64,000 nt of DNA from positions 544,001 to 608,000 of the forward strand of contig CAWAOD010000011.1 of NCBI GenBank assembly GCA_963783575.1. The letters run 5' to 3'. Both the position numbers and the translations under genes were made by a program. Below, piece after piece: positions 20,121 through 27,684 of this stretch (positions are counted from its first letter, which is position 1; the number at the start of each line of letters is the position of its first letter). This stretch comes from an uncultured Spirochaetota bacterium (GTDB lineage: Bacteria; Spirochaetota; Brevinematia; Brevinematales; JAOACQ01). The notes beneath the pieces are model-generated. The model did no database searches, was not told the DNA's origin, and saw nothing but the letters and a program-made list of their open reading frames with translations.

Positions 20121-21590
20121 TCAAACGGCGTCAATTATTATCTTTAAAATTGACAGGTAATTTCCGGCAATGCTTTCAATAGTAGACTGCCGGTAATAAT
20201 TACTGCTGTAAACCCATTGTAGGAAAAGTTGTTCATGGCTTATAAAGCAAATACATTCAAGCGGAAAAAAGTAATCTTCATCGGGTCCGGCGCGCATACC
20301 TGGATTTTCTTTAGCCACCCTTATATTTGGAACTTCATAATCTACACGGCCAAGGTAGTTGAATAACAATTTACAGCCTTTGAATTCCATCATTAATTTT
20401 TTAATCCGTATTTTATTTTCATCACCAAACCTGCACAATAATGCATAGCCTAATCCGGAATTGGGCGCTTTTTTAAACTGCTCATCTATAAATCTTACCT
20501 TTTCGAATATCGAATCATTTTGTATTGAATTCATATCCGACTTCTTTACAATAAGCGACCGGCTTGTGGCAAGAAAACCGACTGTCCTGCTAAGATCCAT
20601 ATCTTTTGTAAAAGGATAACCGATGCGCCCCGAATCGGTAGCTTCAAAATAAACCCAGTCCTCATTCATCCGCTGGCAGACGGATTCTACTAATGGCACC
20701 ATTAGCAAATTATCAAAAGAAGTTTGATAATAAGCCGGAATATCCTTGAAGAGTTTTTGAGTTTCATTTTCAGAAAGAGCCATAGTATACTTTTTAAGAG
20801 AACCTTCGGTAATTTTTGCCGAACCCGGAAAATCAGATTTCAAATTTAAAGTTTTATCCCAGGGTAGTTTTGACCAATATTCAACTTCAGATTCTAACTC
20901 CTTCGAATAGCAATACGAATTGAGAGCTGCAACGTAATCGGAAAAAGGAGTGATTTCTCCCGGAAGATAAATCTTGCCATCCTGCAGGATTTGCTGATAA
21001 GCGGTTAAAAAATCATTCAGCAGAATTGTAAGAGAGGTTATATCGCAGAGCAGGTGGTGCGCTACTATTAAAAAGCGGTTTGGCCGGCCTTTACCCATAT
21101 TAAAATAAGCTATCCGGATCAGCGGTCCGTTAGTTATATCAAGTGAATTTTGTATCTTTTCGGCAGCCGCTTCAATGGCATTTTTTTGATCGTCTTCTTT
21201 GATATCAGAGTAATCGAATGCTTCAAAAGGAACATCTTCAATGGAATTTTTTATATACTGTTTCCATATTCCATTTTCCTTGACAAACCTGGCTTTCAAT
21301 ACTTCATGACAATCGAGCAGATATGAAAAAACCTGTTTTATTAGAGACGGCTCTAAAGGAAGATCTGTTTCCAATAATCTGCACATATTATAGCGCGCTG
21401 GATTTATCCTGTGTATGATTGAATCTAAAAAAGTAAACTGGTTGTAGCTCAGAGGGATTGATCTTTCTATTCCTGTTTTCTCTTTTTCTGCAACTATAAC
21501 TTTTTTCATAGAATCAAGTTTTTTAATATCAGCCAATTTGGCTAATTTTGCAATAGTTGGGTTTTTTGACAAATCACCGGGATTAATCAT
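20121..21590 (-). CDS. C-terminal part of the upstream NRPS: end of the PCP plus an epimerization-like condensation-superfamily domain
   Basis: Starts with PCP-terminal sequence (DLSKNPTIAKLA). E-domain hallmarks HHLLCD, DLSRTVGF, PNSGLGY, FNYLG. In frame with 21597-25868 across one TAG. Confidence 0.88.
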   Translation of the reverse strand: MINPGDLSKNPTIAKLAKLADIKKLDSMKKVIVAEKEKTGIERSIPLSYNQFTFLDSIIHRINPARYNMCRLLETDLPLEPSLIKQVFSYLLDCHEVLKARFVKENGIWKQYIKNSIEDVPFEAFDYSDIKEDDQKNAIEAAAEKIQNSLDITNGPLIRIAYFNMGKGRPNRFLIVAHHLLCDITSLTILLNDFLTAYQQILQDGKIYLPGEITPFSDYVAALNSYCYSKELESEVEYWSKLPWDKTLNLKSDFPGSAKITEGSLKKYTMALSENETQKLFKDIPAYYQTSFDNLLMVPLVESVCQRMNEDWVYFEATDSGRIGYPFTKDMDLSRTVGFLATSRSLIVKKSDMNSIQNDSIFEKVRFIDEQFKKAPNSGLGYALLCRFGDENKIRIKKLMMEFKGCKLLFNYLGRVDYEVPNIRVAKENPGMRAGPDEDYFFPLECICFISHEQLFLQWVYSSNYYRQSTIESIAGNYLSILKIIIDAV

Positions 21591-21596
21591 TAATCC

Positions 21597-24500
21597 CTAA
21601 TGATGTGCCATATCAATTACTCTCAAGCCTGTAAGTGAATCACCTCCAATCTGAAAGAAATCATCATAAATTCCAATTTGCTCAAGTTTCATAACAGTCT
21701 GCCAGATGGATACGAGTTTCTTTTCTGTATCGTTTCTTGGAGCAGTATATTTAGATTCCCTGCTTAAGCCCGTACCACCCCTGGATTTTAATTTTTTTCT
21801 ATCAATTTTACCTGTAAGAGTTAAAGGCAAAGAATTCATTTTAATAAATGAAACCGGGATCATATATTCAGGCAGGCGAACTTTGAGAAAATCGACAATT
21901 TCACCCAGCTTAATTTCTACATTATTTTCCGGAACGAAATATGTTATTAACTGTTTTTCACCCTGATTTTTATCCTCAGCCATTACCACGGCCTCTTTTA
22001 TACCAGGAAACCCAAGCATAACAGTTTCTATCTCCGATGATTCGATCCTTATTCCTTTGATTTTTAATTGCAGGTCCCTACGGCCAAGATGTTCCAGACA
22101 ACCGTCCGTACGAAGCCGGCCAATGTCTCCGGTAAAATACATTCTTTCCGGACCGCCGTCCGGATTTTTCTTGAAAGATTTTTCCGTCTGGTCATCCAGT
22201 TCCCAATATCCCGGAGATAGGTAAGCGCTTTTTATAACTATCTCGCCCGGCCTGTTGTAATGTACCGGATTGCCGGCTTCGTCAACCAGCAGAATTTCGG
22301 TATCCGTAACTTTGTAACCTACTGGAACAAGGTTCCCGATAAGTTTTGTGTTTTTATCAATGGGATATTGCCTTATAACATTCAATTCCGTTGCACCTAA
22401 ACCGTTCACCAGAACGCAACTATCCGCGAAATATTTTTTATATGAATCCACGTCAAAAGACGAGACTGGTTCTCCTCCAAAATCAATTATCCTGAGCTTT
22501 GGAAAGGATGACACATCCTTAGATGACATATCTTCAATCGAAGTAACAAAGTGCCTGAAAACCGTCGGGACAGAATGGTATATTGTAATATCATTATCAT
22601 TCAGCCAACCGGCGAGTTTTTGCGGGCCGTTTTCTTTAATGTTATAAAGACACAACGTAGCTCCGTTCGATAATGCAGCAAAAACATCCATCATAGCAGC
22701 GCTGAAACTGAATGACGGGATCAGTGAAAGCTTGTCATCCCTGCCGATATGCAGCCCGTTTGTATAGTTCATAATAAAATGCAGGACATTCCTGTGTTTT
22801 TGCATTACGCCTTTAGGATGTCCGGTTGAGCCGGAAGTGTACATTATATATGCCAGATCTTCAGGCCCGGAAAAGTCTTCCTTGCTTTCGTCAGTCTTGT
22901 CATCTTTATAAATTTCTTTAATATTCAAAATCTTAATATTTTTATTTACCGGGTTTCTGATTTCGTATGCCAATTCCTCATTTTCATCATCAGTTATAAT
23001 CAAATGCGTGTTAGTGTCATCCAGGATATAACTCAAACGTTCTTTCGGATAGTCGGGATCTAACGTGACAAAAGAATTGCCGCTTTTAAGCACTCCCATA
23101 ATTCCGGCTACAATCCTAATGCTGTGGCCTATCAGGAGCGCGATTATGCTAGGTTTATAATTATCCATCTTTTTCGTATCAATGGATTGTATGAATAAAG
23201 ATTCTTTGGGTATTTTATCCTCTATTGACGAGCACAAAGGGCAATGGGGGTCTTTTTCGATTTCGATTTCCTCTATAAATCGCCCGGTAAATCCCTTTTC
23301 CCAGTCAAAACCGTTCTTTTTGCAGGTTTCGATAAAATGCCTGCTGAAAGGGTAGGTGACAATCTTATAACCTCTTGTCTGGGAAAGTCTGTCCGATCCC
23401 TGGTTATTAAAGAAGAAATATTTATTGTAGGAAGGGTTTTCAAATCCCAGGACTATTTTCAATGCTTCATTTACAGCGAACCCTGTGCTCAGAAATAGTG
23501 CCGGAGAAGAAACACAATTGGCTACTTTATTCCAGCCGCTGTTTTCTTTCCGGAGTTCCATGACAGTGTCCAGTTTTTTTATATCATAACAGCAGTGGAA
23601 ACAGGGAGTGTAAGGCGAATGGAATATAACGGCATAAGAGCTCCTTTCGATCATTGACGATAGAACATGCGGAATGCGCTTTGCCACAGCGTATTCCGAC
23701 AATGCAAATTTCGCTTCTATACTGTCAACATTATCAAATATTATTGCCGAGTTTCCCACCAAGTCGGAAACAGTATTTTTGTCTATTTTTTCTTTTCTTA
23801 CAATTACTTTTACATTTGGGTTTATTCTTTGAACCGATATGGCCGCAGATTCGGCTTTATTCATACCGATCCTGGATTCGTCATGAAGAACCTGCCGGTT
23901 TAGGTTGGACAGTTCAACATTATCGAAATCACAGATTATGATTGTACCGACTCCCAATAATGCTAGCTGCATAATAACAGGCGACCCTGATCCGCCGGCT
24001 CCTGCCGCAAATACTGTCAGGCCTTTCAATTTTTCCTGTGATTCTATTCCCCATTGATCCAGGATAAGCTGCCTGGTATACCGTATTTTTTCTTTTTTTG
24101 AAAGCCCGGGTAAATTATCAATACTGTTTTTTATTATATAACTTAAACGACCGGACAAAGTCTTTAATTCAAGGTATGTTAATTTCTCATCATCCATTTC
24201 TATTGCAATTTGCTCTGGATTTTCAAGTACCTGTATTTCAAATCTTCCGATGATTGACTGCTCAATCTCTTCCTTCCGGAATGGAATAAATTGGTGATCG
24301 ATTATCACCGGTTTCGGTTCGATCGGGATTAATTCTGGGAGTTCGTTTATAAAAAGTTCCGGTTGATCCGCCAGCCGGGCCGTTAGAATTTCAAAATGAT
24401 TTACCAGCCAATTTACGGTATTTTCAGAATATAAATCAGCTTTAAAAGAGAAATCCATCTGGATCCCAAGCTCGTGTTCAATCGCAAGCAAGGTGATGTC

Positions 24501-25868
24501 GAATTTGGAATTGATATTTTGGGCCCCGATGATATCCCGGTTGTATGGTTCTATTTCAAGCCCGGGGAGTTTCCAATTATACCTGGCGCTGTACATATTG
24601 AATAAAACTTGAAATATAGGAGTTTTATTCCGCTGTCGCGGCGGTTTTAGTTCCTCAACCAATAAATCAAAAGGGATTTCCTGGTTTGATAAAGCCCCGG
24701 ATGAAGATTCCTTAACAGATTCAAGAAGATCTGTAAAGCGGATATTATCGCTTATTCCCGTACGTATAACGACCGTATTGAAAAATAACCCGATTAACGG
24801 TTCGAGATCACCTCTGTTTCTGCCTGCAATAGGTGACCCAACAACAATATCCCTGATCCCGGAGTATTGATGAAGCAATACCTTAAAAATAGATAAAATT
24901 GTAACATAAAGCGAATAACCGTATTTTTTACTGACCGATTTTAATTTAGCTGTGATATTACCGGTAATCATATAGTTTTTACGGATACTTTTATAGGATA
25001 AGACTTCAGGACGATTAAAATCGCCGTAAATTTCCGGTATATTCTCAATATTATTCAGTTTGTCTTTCCAATAGGATAACTGGAGTTCCTTTAATCCGCC
25101 GTTAAGCCTGTCATTCTGCCATTTGGCATAATCGGCATATTGAATTGACAATTCAGGCAGTACCGCGGTTTCACCGGTAACATATTCCGTATAAAAAGCT
25201 ATTAATTCCTGAACGAAAATATACAACGATTGATTGTCGCATATGATATGATGAAATCCAAGCACCAGAACATGTTCATTTTCTGATACTTGAAGCAGTC
25301 TGGCACGAATCAGCGGGCCTTCGGCAAGGTTAAAAGGTGAGCTTAATTCTTCATTGTATTCGGCTATTACTTTTAAGTCTTTTTCGTTTTCTGATAATTT
25401 AATTATGTCGATAAGAGGCATATCTATTTTTAAATCCCGCGATATGATTTGATTCACTTCGCCATTGTTATTTATATAATTGGTTCGAAGTACTTCATGC
25501 CTTTGAATGATCCGGTTCATACTTTTATGGAGAGCTTTATAATTGAGTTTTCCTCTAAGACGGAACGCTATCGGAATATTGAAAGCACTGCTTTTTTCAT
25601 CCATCTGGCTGTGAAGCCATAGCCATTTTTGGCCGTAGGATACTGGAATATCTTCATTACGTGGGATTGGTTTTATTGGAGAAAAAAACGAGCTCTCCCC
25701 ATTCAGAGATTCAACAAAGCGGATGATTTCTTCCTTGTTATCTGTGATTTCTGCTTTAATTTCATCATTCAGGGCTCCGGCAGGTGCTTTATATTTAAGA
25801 GTTCCTTCTTCAACCCAGATTTGTATTCCTAGATTTTTCACCCTATATAATAAATTTACTATATTCAT
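21597..25868 (-). CDS. NRPS: TubC_N/beta-hairpin docking domain - C - A (interrupted by a ThiF/MoeB domain) - PCP (cut by TAG)
   Basis: N-terminal LGIQIWVEEGTLKYKAPAGAL. C: HHIICD. A1 LTYLEL, then ThiF insert (RYTRQ, GAGGSGS, DFDNVELSNLNRQ, two CxxC), then A2 LKSG..LDPDYP, A3 YTSGSTGHPKG, TGD, GRRDLQLKIKG, PLTLTGKIDR. PCP GGDSL. AAGGA RBS. Confidence 0.93.
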   Translation of the reverse strand: MNIVNLLYRVKNLGIQIWVEEGTLKYKAPAGALNDEIKAEITDNKEEIIRFVESLNGESSFFSPIKPIPRNEDIPVSYGQKWLWLHSQMDEKSSAFNIPIAFRLRGKLNYKALHKSMNRIIQRHEVLRTNYINNNGEVNQIISRDLKIDMPLIDIIKLSENEKDLKVIAEYNEELSSPFNLAEGPLIRARLLQVSENEHVLVLGFHHIICDNQSLYIFVQELIAFYTEYVTGETAVLPELSIQYADYAKWQNDRLNGGLKELQLSYWKDKLNNIENIPEIYGDFNRPEVLSYKSIRKNYMITGNITAKLKSVSKKYGYSLYVTILSIFKVLLHQYSGIRDIVVGSPIAGRNRGDLEPLIGLFFNTVVIRTGISDNIRFTDLLESVKESSSGALSNQEIPFDLLVEELKPPRQRNKTPIFQVLFNMYSARYNWKLPGLEIEPYNRDIIGAQNINSKFDITLLAIEHELGIQMDFSFKADLYSENTVNWLVNHFEILTARLADQPELFINELPELIPIEPKPVIIDHQFIPFRKEEIEQSIIGRFEIQVLENPEQIAIEMDDEKLTYLELKTLSGRLSYIIKNSIDNLPGLSKKEKIRYTRQLILDQWGIESQEKLKGLTVFAAGAGGSGSPVIMQLALLGVGTIIICDFDNVELSNLNRQVLHDESRIGMNKAESAAISVQRINPNVKVIVRKEKIDKNTVSDLVGNSAIIFDNVDSIEAKFALSEYAVAKRIPHVLSSMIERSSYAVIFHSPYTPCFHCCYDIKKLDTVMELRKENSGWNKVANCVSSPALFLSTGFAVNEALKIVLGFENPSYNKYFFFNNQGSDRLSQTRGYKIVTYPFSRHFIETCKKNGFDWEKGFTGRFIEEIEIEKDPHCPLCSSIEDKIPKESLFIQSIDTKKMDNYKPSIIALLIGHSIRIVAGIMGVLKSGNSFVTLDPDYPKERLSYILDDTNTHLIITDDENEELAYEIRNPVNKNIKILNIKEIYKDDKTDESKEDFSGPEDLAYIMYTSGSTGHPKGVMQKHRNVLHFIMNYTNGLHIGRDDKLSLIPSFSFSAAMMDVFAALSNGATLCLYNIKENGPQKLAGWLNDNDITIYHSVPTVFRHFVTSIEDMSSKDVSSFPKLRIIDFGGEPVSSFDVDSYKKYFADSCVLVNGLGATELNVIRQYPIDKNTKLIGNLVPVGYKVTDTEILLVDEAGNPVHYNRPGEIVIKSAYLSPGYWELDDQTEKSFKKNPDGGPERMYFTGDIGRLRTDGCLEHLGRRDLQLKIKGIRIESSEIETVMLGFPGIKEAVVMAEDKNQGEKQLITYFVPENNVEIKLGEIVDFLKVRLPEYMIPVSFIKMNSLPLTLTGKIDRKKLKSRGGTGLSRESKYTAPRNDTEKKLVSIWQTVMKLEQIGIYDDFFQIGGDSLTGLRVIDMAHH

Positions 25869-25924
25869 GATTATTTCCTTTTTTAATCTAAATAAATCAT
25901 TTTTAACACATGCCCCTTCGGGTT

Positions 25925-25947
25925 CCTTCGATAAACTCAGGGCAGGC
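25925..25947 (+). repeat. REP-like palindromic repeat half-unit (CCTTCGATAAACTCAGGGCAGGC)
   Basis: Shares the CTTCG..AA.CTCAG core with copies at 26731-26803 and 53334-53353. Confidence 0.55.
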
Positions 25948-26114
25948 TGCTTGACCAGGTTTAGATTCCTTACGCAACAAAGTTGCGTATAGCTATGTGG
26001 AGTTATCCCGAGCAGAGACTGCCTTGAAGGGTCGAGGGAATTCCTATAGAAGAAGCTTTCAGTTTTCTTATTTTAATACTACGAGGCTCTGTCCCGAGGA
26101 TCATAACTTAACAA

Positions 26115-26149
26115 ACTTATAAAAAGACTTATAAAAAGACTTATAAAAA
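26115..26149 (+). repeat. 12-bp tandem repeat ACTTATAAAAAG x about 3
   Basis: acttataaaaag acttataaaaag acttataaaaa read directly, in the region upstream of the NRPS operon. Confidence 0.9.
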
Positions 26150-26376
26150 TTTTTATAGAAAGTATTATAATGAATTAAATAAAATATAGCAAATAACCTT
26201 TTGTTCAATAATCCTTAAACCTTTTATTGATTAAAAATAACAAACATTTCAGTTAGTATTCAAATTAAGGGGGAAAACACAAAACTAAGATTATTATTGG
26301 TTCTCTTATAACTTTGACAGCTTTAACTTTCATTTAAATACAGGCAGATTAAATAAAACCACGATCTGCTGTTTAT

Positions 26377-26405
26377 TTGACAAAAAAATGATTTATTTAT
26401 AAATT
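26377..26405 (+). promoter_or_regulatory. Putative sigma70 promoter for the small Lys-rich ORF
   Basis: TTGACA (26377-26382), 17-bp spacer, TAAATT (26400-26405). Confidence 0.45.
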
Positions 26406-26459
26406 TTATCCTGCTAAAATATATGAATTTTGAAAATTATTTTTTATTGAGGAGTTTTT

Positions 26460-26567
26460 ATGGGTGAAAAGAATAAGATTACTAAAGAAGCAAAAAAACC
26501 GCCCCAAAAAACATTGAAGGAAAAAAGAAAGGAAAAGAAAGATAAAAAAGCGGAAAAAAACTATTAG
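26460..26567 (+). CDS. 35-aa lysine-rich small protein (MGEKNKITKEAKKPPQKTLKEKRKEKKDKKAEKNY)
   Basis: Strong GAGGAG RBS 5 nt before the ATG, upstream promoter-like element, TAG stop; below the ORF-track length cut-off. Confidence 0.7.
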   Translation: MGEKNKITKEAKKPPQKTLKEKRKEKKDKKAEKNY

Positions 26568-26730
26568 CGAGCGAACAGCTTAAGGGTTGTTTTTCTTACT
26601 TTGATAGTTTTTATACTTATCTTTAATTAATTATCCTGTTAAGTTTAATTCACGCAAATAATTTTGATTATTAATAAAGTATTTTTGTAATTTTAGTCGA
26701 TTTATTTAGGATTTTAAAAACTCAATAAAA

Positions 26731-26803
26731 GTCACCCTGAGCTTGACGAATGGGTGACAAGTTTTGAGGTAATTGTAACCATACTTCGTCGAGCTTAGTA
26801 TGA
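26731..26803. repeat. REP-like inverted-repeat pair
   Basis: GTCACCCTGAGCTTGACGAA...CTTCGTCGAGCTTAGTATGA imperfect inverted repeat, plus an internal GTCACCC/GGGTGAC palindrome. Confidence 0.6.
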
Positions 26804-26846
26804 TGATGACAGTAAAAAAAGAGTTTTAAGAACTGCCCTTTATTAA

Positions 26847-27257
26847 ATGGGGTATATTATGAATGAAGTTGATGATATAAGGATAGATAAATGGTTAAAA
26901 ACTGCACGTATTTTTAAAAAAAGAGAAGATGCGGCGGATGCCGTTGAAAATGGAATGGTTAAACTAAACGGAATAAAGGTTAAACCATCCAAGAATGTAA
27001 TTCCCGGAGATAAACTTACTGTAAAAATCGATTCCAAATATAAAACCCTGATAATCAAAACTATTACAAAAAAATCACTCAGTTCAAGCCTTGCAAGAGA
27101 ATTGTATGAATTCGAAAAACCGGCTGGGGTAACACCTGAAATGGAAGAAACAATAAGACTTCTCGAAGAACAGGAAAATGCGATAAGAAAAAGCCGGAAA
27201 GGTAAACCTAATAAGAAAGAGAGAAGGGATATCAATAAATTCAAATACGGCGATTAA
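26847..27257 (+). CDS. hslR: S4-domain RNA-binding protein, Hsp15/HslR-like
   Basis: IRIDKWLKTARIFKKR..A, KVKPSKNVIPGD, C-terminal GKPNKKERR. Confidence 0.88.
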   Translation: MGYIMNEVDDIRIDKWLKTARIFKKREDAADAVENGMVKLNGIKVKPSKNVIPGDKLTVKIDSKYKTLIIKTITKKSLSSSLARELYEFEKPAGVTPEMEETIRLLEEQENAIRKSRKGKPNKKERRDINKFKYGD

Positions 27258-27273
27258 CCCTTCGCTGTCTGCC

Positions 27274-27302
27274 GTCTACCTGCCGGAAATCCCGGCATAG
27301 GC
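27274..27302. terminator. GC-rich hairpin between convergent genes, possible bidirectional terminator
   Basis: TGCCGG-aaatc-CCGGCA stem, extendable by GTCTA/TAGGC; no clear U-tract. Confidence 0.35.
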
Positions 27303-27306
27303 AGGC

Positions 27307-27561
27307 TTATTCCTGCTCGGATTTTTCAACAACGATTGTATAATTTGCCGCTAGCGCGGCGATCGCTCCTATTGCTGCCCATACAGGCAATAGAAGGGCG
27401 CCGATAACTCCAATTGTAAGCGGTATTTCAATTAAAGTTTTACCCTCGTCGTTTTTAATTGATATCCTGCGGATGTTTCCTTCATGAAGTATTTTTTTGA
27501 TTGTTGCGATAAGATCTTCACCATTAACCATAAACTCTTCGGTTCGAAATTTTTCGGGCAT
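27307..27561 (-). CDS. DUF4342 family small protein
   Basis: EEFMVNGEDLIATIKKILHEGNIRRISIK...LIEIPLTIGVIGALLLP..AAIGAIAAL; GGAGG RBS. Confidence 0.8.
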   Translation of the reverse strand: MPEKFRTEEFMVNGEDLIATIKKILHEGNIRRISIKNDEGKTLIEIPLTIGVIGALLLPVWAAIGAIAALAANYTIVVEKSEQE

Positions 27562-27684
27562 TGGATGCCTCCTTTAGTATATCTTGATTTTACTTATAAA
27601 CATTTCAAGAAGTTTCAACCGCACGGCTCGCTTTGCAGCATTATGTCGTATCTTGTTTATATAATGGTCAAGCGGAACGCTTGT

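Larger units (their letters stand above)
3241..25868. other. Hybrid NRPS/PKS lipopeptide-type biosynthetic gene cluster (core operon 7485-25868; convergent acylase/membrane protein/MATE genes possibly associated)
   Basis: Closely spaced co-oriented synthase genes plus an acylase, with an adjacent convergent MATE gene and a second acylase. Confidence 0.85.

Noticed and set aside
21597..21599. Genome-wide TAG recoding or pyrrolysine use
   Set aside because: TAG terminates ccsA and korA at their expected C-termini, and no pyl genes are visible; only local read-through remains possible
23230..24105. ThiF segment as a separate gene or RiPP/sulfur-carrier system
   Set aside because: It is in frame with no stop on either side, and no ThiS/MoaD-like Gly-Gly-ending protein or clear precursor peptide was found in the window
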